Positions 11,214 through 21,717 of a DNA stretch of 64,000 nucleotides are shown here, one piece after another (positions within the stretch are counted from its first letter, which is position 1; every line of letters starts with the position of its first letter). The position numbers and the translations under genes are program-made. The notes under the pieces were generated by a model, which searched no databases, was not told where the DNA came from, and worked only from the letters and a program-made list of their open reading frames with translations. Source of the stretch: an uncultured delta proteobacterium (GTDB lineage: Bacteria; Desulfobacterota; Binatia; UBA9968); NCBI GenBank assembly GCA_963771465.1, contig CAVYTU010000015.1, positions 640,001-704,000 of the forward strand. The letters are read 5' to 3'.

Positions 11214-11510
11214 TATTATGTTTTCTTTATCGTGTTTTCGTACCGACAGTTGGGTTCTCCGGTTCAACTCTGCCGCGACATATATTTGCTCCTATGCGGT
11301 AGGTGTTAGCGATCTTCGCGATAGGGCTTTTGGGGTCGTCCTCGCGTCGTTCGCCCACGCAAAATAGCCTTTTGGGAGACCGCGATATATTTTTTTTGAA
11401 GTCGCGATGATGCGGGCGGATTTGCGCATCAGTTTTTGAGCATCTGTCTCTTTGACCACTTTAGCCAGCTTTTATCATTCTCAATTTGAATCGCCGCCTT
11501 TATTCGAAGG

Positions 11511-11771
11511 TTATCCGAAGCAGACGAGCGATGCTTCGCGGCCTTCCGGCGGAACTGGCGGTTGTGAGTCGATCCAAATCTTGCCAGCTCGTAACGCGCA
11601 GATTATCGCTTCTTCCTTGGTTACGAAACTGCCGGGTAAATCATCAAGGCGGTGAAATTTTTGCGTGGTGGTCTTCCAGAAAATGGAACCCACCGGTTTC
11701 CATTGATGAGTGATTCGATTTAATTCCCCAAAAGCAAACATTCGTCCCTTCTTATAAAGCCAGGTGGCCAT
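11511..11771 (-). CDS. Small protein of the WKP...AGKxWID paralogue family
   Basis: Intact 86-aa ORF; clear paralogue at 12812-13052. Confidence 0.7.
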   Translation of the reverse strand: MATWLYKKGRMFAFGELNRITHQWKPVGSIFWKTTTQKFHRLDDLPGSFVTKEEAIICALRAGKIWIDSQPPVPPEGREASLVCFG

Positions 11772-11865
11772 AGGTTTACTAATACAAGTGGGCCAAGTCG
11801 CTAGCTGCCCAGTACGCCGATTTCGCCGAGCGTTATCTTTCGCCTAGGCGCTCATCGATTCAAAA

Positions 11866-12054
11866 TTAAACCGAAAGAAGTGGAACGTCATTAACTAAAA
11901 TATTAACGACAAATCTCTCTTCGCACGGAGGACATTTCCCCCAACGATGATCTTTGACGTATTGGCACTTATCTGCTTCCACCTCTTCGTAGGGTCGGCA
12001 GCATAAAAAACACATATGCTGGTGAGATATTTCTGTGTCTTCTTTAATTTCCAC
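11866..12054 (-). CDS. Small putative Zn-binding protein
   Basis: CFLC...CPPC pairs, 62 aa. Confidence 0.45.
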   Translation of the reverse strand: MEIKEDTEISHQHMCFLCCRPYEEVEADKCQYVKDHRWGKCPPCEERFVVNILVNDVPLLSV

Positions 12055-12185
12055 CGTTTCTTTTCCTACCTTCTAATGTAAAAATTTATGCTACCTAACA
12101 GAGAGCGTAGCGTAACCGGATTTTCGCTTGCCGACACGAGCAATTTTCCGCTGAGTTTATCTAGGCGAGGTGGACAAGAGTTTTC

Positions 12186-12364
12186 TGTCTAAAATTAGAC
12201 ATTTTTAAAAAAATTATTAGGATTATTTCCGATCCGCAGACAACGCATGACATCACGGGGCATTTTGGAAACAATTTAGAATCTTGAACGGCTATATCGG
12301 TGCATCCGCGACGATGATCATCTCAGACTGAACCACTATTGGAGCGATTGTCTAAAATAAGACA
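12186..12364. promoter_or_regulatory. Two copies of a palindromic operator TGTCTAAAATWAGACA
   Basis: 12186-12201 TGTCTAAAATTAGACA (perfect 7-2-7) and 12349-12364 TGTCTAAAATAAGACA, in a divergent AT-rich intergenic region. Confidence 0.65.
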
Positions 12365-12434
12365 GCAATCGTTTGCTGGACGTGACACTCTCCACGAAGA
12401 AAGCCGCGTAAGGAAGTATGACCAAAGGTCTCAC

Positions 12435-12728
12435 ATGGATGCTGAAATTCGCCAAGCTATCGGTGATAAAAAATTAGTCGAGTTCAGTTTTCAGAATTTT
12501 ATCCGCATTGCGGAACCTCATGCTTATGGCAGCATGGGCGGAGTCGACCACATGCTTGTTTACCAAGTTCGCGGCGGAAGCAGGTCGAAGAACCTCCCAA
12601 AATGGGCCAGTGTGCCACTTTCACAAATGACCGACTTCCGAGTTCTTGATGAAATGTTTGCTGGAAAGCGAGTGATTTCTCGGACTGAATACCGCTTTTG
12701 GGAAGCGACGTATGCCATTGTCCAATAA
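12435..12728 (+). CDS. Stand-alone WYL-like domain protein
   Basis: MDAEIRQAIGDKKLVEFSF...RIAEPHAYG...LVYQVRGGS...W pattern; ATG at 12435 preferred over the ORF-track start. Confidence 0.7.
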   Translation: MDAEIRQAIGDKKLVEFSFQNFIRIAEPHAYGSMGGVDHMLVYQVRGGSRSKNLPKWASVPLSQMTDFRVLDEMFAGKRVISRTEYRFWEATYAIVQ

Positions 12729-12811
12729 CTATCGGCAAGCGACAGCCGACCTTTTCGGCAAAGATTGACGATAATGTCCGTACAATGGGGTCGAAGCAAC
12801 AAGGATTTCAG

Positions 12812-13052
12812 ATGATTCGCTCGCATTATTAAGAATCGGGCGATCTTCGAGTCTGCGGAGTTAAATGAAAACAATGGTCAATGGAAACCGATGGCTTCTA
12901 TTGTCTGGTTTATCACCACACAAAAATTTCACTCAATCAACGATATGGTCGGAGGCTTCGGAACGGAAAGAGAGGCGGTAGACTTCGCTTTAAAAGCGGG
13001 TAAAGCTTGGATCGATTTGCAACCGCCAGTTCCGCCCTGTCGTGACCCATGA
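12812..13052 (+). pseudogene. Frameshifted paralogue of 11511-11771 (absent from the ORF track)
   Basis: MIRSHY / KNRAIFESAELNENNGQWKPMASIVWFITTQKFHSINDMVGGFGTEREAVDFALKAGKAWIDLQPPVPP; one extra T in TATTAAG. Confidence 0.75.
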
Positions 13053-13936
13053 TGATACGTAGAAGCTGTCGGCTAACAAAGATACCAGCGCATCTATTGT
13101 TGCGGTGATAGCGTGGCTACCAATGGCGAGAATCTGATTGCTCAAATCTGGTGACGGTGATGGAAGCTCGCTGCCGAGAAACCGCTAGAATTTTGTTACG
13201 AGACTTTAGGTCTCCGATTGCGACACCGACTTGACCACCAATCTCTGGTAATCGGCACCAAAGATCCCGCACATCGCGCCGTCCCTTGACTTGCGTTTTA
13301 ATGTGGTCGACGACGTCACCGAGGATGATCTCACCCTGATGAACGCGGATGGCAAATCGGATACTACTTGTTGGACAACAGCGCGACAGAAGTCCGAAAA
13401 CTTTTAGGAATTTACTAACAGCTCACGGTCTCAGACCGAGCGTTGATCATCAATCTGTCCGAAATAACATGATAGTAAGAAGGGGAATCCCGCCAACTCC
13501 AACGCGTCAAGCTAGATGCGCGTGTAGCGGCCACTTCCACGCGGGGGAGGCTTCAATTATCTCGAAACGCTCTGCATGACAATCGCTCTGATGTCGGAGG
13601 ACAAGTTCCAGCACTCGCAATCAACGAGGACCTAATCCCAAAAGATCGAGAAAGCGATCGGCGACGTATGACGCCGACGCAAACCAACGGCTGTCGAAAA
13701 CCCGGATCATCCTCTCGTTACCCGGAAATAGACGAATATCGCCGCAATAACCGCAATCAATAGCAAAATCTCCCCATAATCCATATCGACATCTATAAGT
13801 TAATCGGCGCAGAGGGGTTATCTGGTGGTCTCTTTGTTCTCCAGAATAGGTACATCAAAGACTGCGATATCGGCCGACTCCTGAAATCAGGCGTTCAAGG
13901 TGAGTAACGGTTCAAGTTTTTCAAACGGCCGTGGCA

Positions 13937-14392
13937 TCAAGGACGTGTGCGATTTCCGCCACGGTGTCCATCTCCGCCCCTAGACCGATGCGTGCTTTTC
14001 GGTACGCGCCCGATACGGTCGTCGGTCTTGTTGAGCGCTTCGAGCAGATTCAACACCGCCTGCGAATTTCCCCTGCCGCAGTCAGCCTGTAACAACAACA
14101 GAAACATTCCCGCTTTAACGGTAGCGTAAACCACCTCGCTTTCGAACGGCGCCGCACCATTGAAGACATTCACGAGTTTATCGATGATCAACAGCTTTGC
14201 CTTATCAATCGATGCATCGAGAGTTTCACCGGAGCGTTGATACGCCTGACGGGCCTGCTTCCATGTACCCTTAACCCCCCAGCTTTTAAGAGTGCCTATC
14301 GGTATCCGCATTGCGCGCGCAATCTCAGGGTAAGTCAGGCCCTCGTCTACAAATAGGCGTCGGGTCTCGTCGCGCTTTTCCATTTTGTGCAT
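13937..14392 (-). CDS. HTH protein resembling a phage terminase small subunit / DUF1804-like protein
   Basis: ETRRLFVDEGLTYPEIARAMRIPIGTLKSWGVKGTWKQAR. Confidence 0.6.
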   Translation of the reverse strand: MHKMEKRDETRRLFVDEGLTYPEIARAMRIPIGTLKSWGVKGTWKQARQAYQRSGETLDASIDKAKLLIIDKLVNVFNGAAPFESEVVYATVKAGMFLLLLQADCGRGNSQAVLNLLEALNKTDDRIGRVPKSTHRSRGGDGHRGGNRTRP

Positions 14393-14572
14393 CGCTTTGC
14401 TCCCCTACTAACGGCGCAATCTGCCCCCGCACGGTCTCAACATCTTCCGCGCTTACAGCTGGTCAATATACTCGCCTCTTTTCTGTGAGCATGAATAATG
14501 TGATGCGGGGGATCATCGATGTTTAGGACCTCATCAGTCGCGAGGGGACTGAGCTTGTCGGAACCCAGATGC

Positions 14573-14598
14573 AAGGGGAAGCACTGCTTCCCCTTTTT
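14573..14598 (+). terminator. Rho-independent terminator-like hairpin
   Basis: AAGGGGAAGC-ACT-GCTTCCCCTT with a T run; just downstream of the hsp20 stop, possibly bidirectional. Confidence 0.65.
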
Positions 14599-14622
14599 GA
14601 CGCCAATTCCAGTGCAGACGGA

Positions 14623-15060
14623 TTAGTTCACGCTGATGGAGATTTGGCGAGGCTTCGCTTCCTCGACTTTGGGCACGTGGATCTCCAGAATCCCGTCACG
14701 ATAGGTGGCCTTGATACCGTCCTGCTTAACGGTCTGCGGCAGATAGAAAGATCGCGAAAACCTGCCATGCACCCGCTCGGTTCGGTGATACTCGACACCG
14801 TTGGTCAAGCCTTCGGGTTTGCGCTCGCCGCTCAGCGTCAAAGTGCCGTCGTTGACTTCCAAGTGGAAATCTTCCTTTTTCATTCCCGGTAACTCAGCGC
14901 GAATCAGATACGCGTCTTTGCTTTCGAGAATGTCCACCGGCGGTAGCCATGCACCCGCGGTCGCTGACGGCAGCGTGCGTGCCCGCCCGACGCTCTCATC
15001 GAATAGATCGTTGATCCGGCTGTGCAGCCGGCTCAAACCCTCAAATGGTTCCCATTCCAT
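14623..15060 (-). CDS. Hsp20/alpha-crystallin small heat-shock protein
   Basis: WLPPVDILE, AELPGM, GRFSRSFYLP, ATYRDGILEIHVPK; GGAGGGG RBS. Confidence 0.95.
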   Translation of the reverse strand: MEWEPFEGLSRLHSRINDLFDESVGRARTLPSATAGAWLPPVDILESKDAYLIRAELPGMKKEDFHLEVNDGTLTLSGERKPEGLTNGVEYHRTERVHGRFSRSFYLPQTVKQDGIKATYRDGILEIHVPKVEEAKPRQISISVN

Positions 15061-15494
15061 AATTTCCCCTCCTTTCAAGGGTGTTTATTAAGATGAGGAA
15101 AAACTAAGTACGCATTTCCCGACTGTCAATTGGCTTGACAATCAGCTTGCGCGTTCCTAACTGTAATTAGTTTTATCAATCTAAGAATTCGAGGAATCGA
15201 TGGCTGAACCAAGTCACTCACCGCATTGAGATCTACAGGTTCTTTCGTCCGAGCAGCCATCGACCGAGCAGAATGGGAGATACGTCAAGATCGCCGCGCA
15301 CGATAGCTAACATCCCGCGGTCCAAGTCGTCAAACGTAACGTATAGTGAGCTCTCGTCCGGCGTGGGATTGGAGAGAAATAATTTTTAGGGTCATGAAAC
15401 AGCTTACATTTATTGCAACTGAGCTTCCGATCTTGCTACTGGGCGCGGGCCTTAGCGTTTGCTAGGTGTGCGCCGCTTGCGAAGGTAGTTTGTT

Positions 15495-15710
15495 GTGATT
15501 GCAATCCTTGCGGTGCTATTAGGGTTTGTTTTAGGTGGCGCATCAACGCTAGCCGTGCTCTTGTTCGCCGCGGTCATAATCGAAGACGACGAGAAGCAAA
15601 AAAGAGCGAAGCGTAGCGCTGTAGCAGTAACAGTCCCACAGGGAATTAACGAATCGTCGAAAACCGGCATCATTGCATCCTCTTCTTCCGACGATGTGAC
15701 GTATCACTGA
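15495..15710 (+). CDS. Small single-pass membrane protein
   Basis: Hydrophobic N-terminus then charged tail. Confidence 0.4.
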   Translation: MIAILAVLLGFVLGGASTLAVLLFAAVIIEDDEKQKRAKRSAVAVTVPQGINESSKTGIIASSSSDDVTYH

Positions 15711-16027
15711 AGCTTCATTTTCGCCTCCAGCGCCTCACGCTCTAGCAGTTTTAATTTTTCCATGCGCGAAAAAGGAAGACGAATCGACAGCTTAGCCTGA
15801 TTATATTCGCAGTACCGTTCAGCTGGCAAAGTTGCTATTTAATGAACGAGAATGCATCTCCACTACAGGGCTTTAATACCGCCATGTTTACCGAAACTCA
15901 TCTCGAAAGTAAGGGTATGCTCCTTGCTCAAGCTCACGGTGCACGGACAGGAAACATCTTGGAATAGGCGAGCGTCTTTTTCCGTGAAGGGAATGCCGCC
16001 TTGTTTTTTCCTTGTTGCCGTCATGCG

Positions 16028-16217
16028 TCAGTGTGTTGATGGATTGAGCAAGGCTTGATATGTAGCTCGCTCTGAGGCGATCTTCTGCAAGAACTCCTCC
16101 TGCATGATGACGCCTTTTTTGATGAGCAGCTTCGCTAGCGCGTCCGTTTGCGCAAGGCTAAGGCTGGAAACTAAAAAGCTCCTCTAATGCGACCGGTTTC
16201 TTCTTTGAGCTAGCCAT
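16028..16217 (-). pseudogene. Small hypothetical protein, frameshifted
   Basis: GGAGGG RBS; MASSKKKPVALEEL / LAQTDALAKLLIKKGVIMQEEFLQKIASERATYQ. Confidence 0.5.
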
Positions 16218-16240
16218 AGTCCCTCCTACGGATTGATCGC

Positions 16241-16832
16241 TCACAAGCCGCGCCGTGCCTCCCGCGCCTCACCCTCCCGCAAATTCTTCCAGGCGCGAAA
16301 ACGGAAATTGCGTGTAGGCGTGACCATACGCCTGTTTTATGATCTCGACATTTAGTAGCGTTCCATCTTCAAGAAATATGAATGCGAGCGTGCGCCCGTA
16401 CCGGTCCTTATGGCCACGGGCTGCGTTGGATGGATCGTACTCTAAACGAACTCGCTTGCCTTCTACCATTTTGCGAGTAAACGCGCTTGCTTCCTTGCCG
16501 AATTGCTCCACTGGCTTGTTCGGGTGTTTCGTTTCCGGCGTACCAACACCGATCAGTCGAACACGTTCGCCGGTGCCGAAAAGCGTGTCACCGTCAACGA
16601 CGCGCTGAACGTATTCAATATCCGGCGATGTTACAGCTGAGTCGGGTGGATTGAAGAAAGCAGCGAGTAGCGCGACAAAGGCAAGGCTAAAATAACGACC
16701 ACTTCCAAGAGCGACGGCGGGCCCGCATACGAAAGCGCAAAACTCATCGGGGTAGTAAGTATAACTCCATCTATAAGCGGTGGAGAAAAACCGTAGCCAG
16801 CCATCAGGATGGTGGTCATGGTTCCGGTCCAC
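16241..16832 (-). pseudogene. Thermonuclease (SNase-like) family, degenerate
   Basis: RVVDGDT, RVRLIGVGTPE (canonical D replaced by G), DRYGRTLA; C-terminal EAREARRGL lies in another frame and ends in TGA; real start probably near 16700. Confidence 0.8.
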
Positions 16833-17246
16833 GCGAACATCGCGGTCTCCTGATTACGCACGTGTCGGAGCGATCGAGCGGGTTGCATTCCGCAGTCCTA
16901 CTGAAAGTTTGTTAATGTATCAACTAATACGCCGAATTTCAGAGGAATGCCTGGTGTTGCACAATCCTACCAAATTTGACATTAGTAGCGCCCAACTATG
17001 GAGGTTTCCTATGAAGAACGAATGCGGTTGGTGCGCGAGCCTGGCAAAGGCATGTAAAGGCTTTACCGGATAGTTTCCCGCCGTGCTGGGGATGCTGTTT
17101 TTACCCTGCCATCGTTCGGCATGGCGGCGCTAATTGTCTCTGTGGGCTGAGCTGCTGACCCCGTTGATTATCAAGGGCGATCATGGCAACCAGAATTCCG
17201 AAAGCCAACATTCTAGTTTTTCCTCATGCTGACAATTGGCGGGTCA

Positions 17247-17507
17247 TTGCGGAAGGTCGTTTACGAAATCCCAGCGGAGCTTGATTTCGCGAAACTCGAA
17301 GGAGGCTTGCACGCAGTTGCACATGAACAACTCTGGGTTTTCTCGGTTCGCTTTAGTCTCGGACAAATTTCTTGATGACCCGAACTACGGCCTCAGTCTC
17401 GTATTTCTCATAGTGAACCGTCCCGCGGGCGATAGGCTCGACATCAATTGCTTCACAATCGGGATGCGCGGCGGAGTCGATAAGAGCGGCTTCTGATACT
17501 GTTGCGA
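17247..17507 (-). pseudogene. Truncated second copy of upstream-ORF + SRAP 5' end (duplication copy 2)
   Basis: Translates MCNCVQASFEFREIKLRWDFVNDLPQ* versus MCNRVRASFEFREIKLRWDLINDLPQF in the intact SRAP. Confidence 0.85.
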
Positions 17508-18475
17508 TGCTCACAAAAGAACTTTCAAAATTGCCAGCGCTGCGTCCCGCGTTCATCGAACCAATGTACGCCCAAGCGGTTAGCGAGCTGCCGGAGGGCA
17601 ACCTTTGGAGCTATGAAGCAAAGCTCGATGGTTACCGCTGTCTCGCCGCTAAGCACTCTGGCGGTGTTGTGCTCTGGTCGCGTCGGGGCAACCGATTCAC
17701 AACCCGGTTTCCTGCTATCGCCAGAGCGTGCGCGAAGCTCCCGGCAGACACGCTAATCGACGGCGAAGTGGTGGCGGTCGACGACAACGGGCGGGCTTCT
17801 TTCAATGCATTGCAGCACAGCCGTTCCTCTCTCGTTCAGTGCTACTACGCCTTCGACATATTGACTTATCGCGGCCGCAACACCCTTCGGTTACCGCTGA
17901 AAACTAGACGGGAGCTTTTAGCCGAGGCACTGGCTAAAGTCGAATATCCTGTGCTTCGCTGTCCTGCCTTTACTGCCAAGCCCGCGGACTTCGTCCGTGC
18001 AGCAAAGGAATTACAGCTCGAGGGTATCATCGCTAAACGCAAAGACTCACTTTACGAATCTGGCCGACGCAACGGCGCTTGGTTGAAATACCAGATTAAC
18101 CGCTCGCAGAAGTTCGTTATCGGCGGCTATACGCCCGGTAACCCATTCGATGCGCTTATCGTCGGATGCTACGACGGCGCCGACCTGAACTTTGTGGCTA
18201 AAATCCGCAATGGATTTGTGCCGCACATTCGCCGCGAAGTTTTCAAGAGTTTGCGCTCCCTGCAATCTGACCGTTGTCCATTCGCCAATCTGCCGGAGAA
18301 GCGGCGCACGATGTGGGCGCTATCTGCCAGTGAAATGAAAGAATGCCGTTGGCTGAAGCCTGAGCTTGTGGCCCACATTGAGTTTACGGAATGGACACCG
18401 GACGGGCACTTGAGGCACGCTAGTTTTGCCGGTTTGCGTGACGATAAAGAGGCGCGACAGATTGTGCGGGAATAG
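17507..18475 (+). CDS. ATP-dependent DNA ligase, LigD/LigC-type ligase domain only
   Basis: EAKLDGYR (motif I), IDGEVV, YAFDIL, EGIIAKR, EFTEWTPDGHLRHASF. Confidence 0.92.
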   Translation: MLTKELSKLPALRPAFIEPMYAQAVSELPEGNLWSYEAKLDGYRCLAAKHSGGVVLWSRRGNRFTTRFPAIARACAKLPADTLIDGEVVAVDDNGRASFNALQHSRSSLVQCYYAFDILTYRGRNTLRLPLKTRRELLAEALAKVEYPVLRCPAFTAKPADFVRAAKELQLEGIIAKRKDSLYESGRRNGAWLKYQINRSQKFVIGGYTPGNPFDALIVGCYDGADLNFVAKIRNGFVPHIRREVFKSLRSLQSDRCPFANLPEKRRTMWALSASEMKECRWLKPELVAHIEFTEWTPDGHLRHASFAGLRDDKEARQIVRE

Positions 18476-18809
18476 CCTAGCCCACGGCGTTATCGTTATC
18501 GGCAAAAGCAAGCGGCTCACAGTAGAACAGCGATAATGGCTATGATGAGCCAGCGAATTGCTTGGGGGAATCGTATTGCAGACCTACAGAGTCTTCCGAT
18601 CGAACAACCACCCCCCCGGCGTAAGTCGCACCGAAAGCCAGGACGAAGTTCTAACGGTTCCTAACGGTGCGGTTGGGCTCTATTAGTCCCTCTGTCGGAA
18701 AATAGTCTGTCCGGTTTCCAAGTTGTATCCCCAAAGTAACAATCTCCGACGGGACGTTGCCAGGCGATAAGCTAATACGCATAAGAACTTCCCCTCTGCC
18801 GGCGGGAAC

Positions 18810-19419
<610 letters not shown>

Positions 19420-19420
19420 C

Positions 19421-20284
19421 TTATTCGATGGTGGATTTCAAATATGCGTGTACTTTATCTTTTAGATCGGCTCTTTTCAACGCATAGGCCACGGTGGCGC
19501 GGACGAATCCGAACTTGTCGCCGATATCGTAGCGCTCGCCCATAAACGCGCAACCGAACATTTTTCTCTGGTGCGCTAGTTGCGCCAACCCGTCGGTCAA
19601 CTGAATCTCGCCGCCCCGTCCCGGCGGCTGGTTGCGTAAAATCTCGAAAATTTCGGGACGAAGAACGTAGCGGCCGATGATCGCCATGCGCGACGGCGCT
19701 TCGCTCGACACCGGCTTTTCCACAGTCCCTTCAATCCGGTAAATCCGCGGTTCGATTTCCTTACCTTTGATCACACCGTACTGATGCACCTCCTCGAGGG
19801 GAACTTCCATCAATGCGATGACCGACTCCTCGTCGCGGTTGAATATGTCGACTAACTGTTTGATGCACGGTACCTCGCTATCGACCAAATCATCCGCCAA
19901 CATGACGGCAAAGGGTTCATTACCAACGAGGTCGCGCGCACACAACACCGCATGACCCAAGCCGAGCGGCACTTTTTGCCGCACCGAAACGACCTCGATC
20001 ATCTCGGCGATGCGGCGCAGCATTCTGACCATCTCGTGATTGCCGCGGTTGCTCAGGATCTGCTCGAGTTCCGGCGCTTCGTCGAAATGATCTTCGATGC
20101 TGTCCTTGCCCCGGCCTGTAACGAAAATGATTTCTTCGATGCCGGCGTCCACCGCCTCCTGCACCACGTACTGGATCGACGGAATGTCGACGATCGGCAA
20201 GAGTTCCTTCGGAACGGTTTTGGTCGCCGGGAGAAATCGAGTGCCCAGCCCGGCGACCGGAATCACGGCTTTTTTTACTTTCAT
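19421..20284 (-). CDS. galU: UTP--glucose-1-phosphate uridylyltransferase
   Basis: KAVIPVAGLGTRFLPATK, PKELLP, GEIQLTD. Confidence 0.97.
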   Translation of the reverse strand: MKVKKAVIPVAGLGTRFLPATKTVPKELLPIVDIPSIQYVVQEAVDAGIEEIIFVTGRGKDSIEDHFDEAPELEQILSNRGNHEMVRMLRRIAEMIEVVSVRQKVPLGLGHAVLCARDLVGNEPFAVMLADDLVDSEVPCIKQLVDIFNRDEESVIALMEVPLEEVHQYGVIKGKEIEPRIYRIEGTVEKPVSSEAPSRMAIIGRYVLRPEIFEILRNQPPGRGGEIQLTDGLAQLAHQRKMFGCAFMGERYDIGDKFGFVRATVAYALKRADLKDKVHAYLKSTIE

Positions 20285-20302
20285 ACGAATCGATCGATCT
20301 GT

Positions 20303-20668
20303 TTAAACGACACGTTTGGCTTTGCGCTCGGCCTGCTCTTGGTTGGATTTACATTCTATGCACAACGTCGTCACCGGCCGGGCTTTGAGACGTTCGATGC
20401 CGATCTCTTCGCCACATTCTTCGCATAGTCCATACTCGCCAAGATCGAGGCGTTGCAAGGCTTCCTGAATCTTGAAAATCAATTTGCGCTCGCGGTCGCG
20501 TATACGCAGAATCGAATTGCGGTTGGACTCCATCGTCGCACGATCGGATGGGTCGGGAAAATTCGCGTCATCATCCATGGTTTCGACGGTCTTACCCGCT
20601 TCCGAGCGCAACTCGTCGATGCGTTGGTTGAGGAGAGTGCGAAATAGTGCAATGTCTTTTTTCTTCAC
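20303..20668 (-). CDS. dksA: RNA polymerase-binding protein DksA
   Basis: FPDPSDRA coiled-coil tip, CEEC...RLKARPVTTLCIEC Zn finger. Confidence 0.95.
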   Translation of the reverse strand: MKKKDIALFRTLLNQRIDELRSEAGKTVETMDDDANFPDPSDRATMESNRNSILRIRDRERKLIFKIQEALQRLDLGEYGLCEECGEEIGIERLKARPVTTLCIECKSNQEQAERKAKRVV

Positions 20669-20783
20669 GATTGACCTGCCGTACGGGCTAGCGAATATGG
20701 CGCCATTATAGGGTAAAGCGTCAAAACATCAATCGGCTTGAAGCGCGACTACGGCGAGGATGTATCGGCGCAACCGCGGCGGG

Positions 20784-21599
20784 TCAATCGCTCGAATAGC
20801 GCGGGTGGGCGAGCACGTAGATCTCGGTCGCCTTCGGCAGCATGGAACGATTCAAGGTAAGTTGCGACTGAGAAATCAGTTTGATGGGAAAATGCTCCCG
20901 GGCAAAGGCGGCGAACAGGTCCGCCTGGCGCGACTGATCGTAATGCATCGGTATGACGATCGGCGGTTTGACCTGGTTGACGACTTTGATGATGTCTTCG
21001 AAACCCAAGTTCGTCATCGCGTCGATCGGGATCATCATGATATCGACCCGCTGCAAGACTTTAGTCTGCTCCTCGGTCAGCAAGTGGCCAATGTTACCCA
21101 GATGAGCGATGCAGAGACTACCCATTTCATACACGAATATCGAGTTGGCAATGGCGCCCCAACTGGCGCTCCGCTGGCTCGGGATATTGACGATGGTGAC
21201 GTCTTTGACCGTGGTTCGGATCGGTTGCCAGGTTTGTTTGAACGTAATGCCGCGGAGAATAACCGGGTTGCCGGTGACGGCGCCGGTATTGTTGTGTGTG
21301 AAGTGATCGTTACTCACGGTGACCGCGTCTGCTTGAATGCCGGGGGTGACGTTGAAGTTGGGATCGGCGACCACTTTGGTCTGGCTGCCGGAATGAATCA
21401 GAAAACTCGAATGGCCGTACCATTGAATGAAATACGAACCAAACGCCGGACTCTTGCCATTGCCGCCGCGCGCTTGAACAAGCTGGCGTCCCTTGTTGAA
21501 AAGCTGGACCAATGATGGATTGCAAAACGCGTCGGCGATGCCACGTAATGGCAAGAGTAAAACGCTGCCGGCCATGGCCATGAAATTTCGCCGTTTCAT
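20784..21599 (-). CDS. MBL-fold hydrolase-like protein with Tat signal
   Basis: MKRRNF signal; WYGHSSFLI, ADP, IPMHY. Confidence 0.85.
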   Translation of the reverse strand: MKRRNFMAMAGSVLLLPLRGIADAFCNPSLVQLFNKGRQLVQARGGNGKSPAFGSYFIQWYGHSSFLIHSGSQTKVVADPNFNVTPGIQADAVTVSNDHFTHNNTGAVTGNPVILRGITFKQTWQPIRTTVKDVTIVNIPSQRSASWGAIANSIFVYEMGSLCIAHLGNIGHLLTEEQTKVLQRVDIMMIPIDAMTNLGFEDIIKVVNQVKPPIVIPMHYDQSRQADLFAAFAREHFPIKLISQSQLTLNRSMLPKATEIYVLAHPRYSSD

Positions 21600-21717
21600 G
21601 TTTCCTCCTCGATCAGCGCGGTAAAGCTCGACATCCCCGTAAACGGTCGATCGATCCCGTTACACGCCGAATCGGCGTTGAGATTAGCGTCGCCGCCGGG
21701 CGATTACAAGAATGAAA

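Noticed and set aside
10951-11313. Short direct repeat GCGGTAGGT(G)TTAGCG flanking a small gene (ops-like or att-like)
   Set aside because: About 15 bp and imperfect, with no supporting context; may be chance
15121-15143. Inverted repeat GACTGTCAA-N5-TTGACAATC upstream of hsp20 as a CIRCE/HAIR operator
   Set aside because: Matches neither consensus; more simply explained as divergent TTGACA -35 boxes
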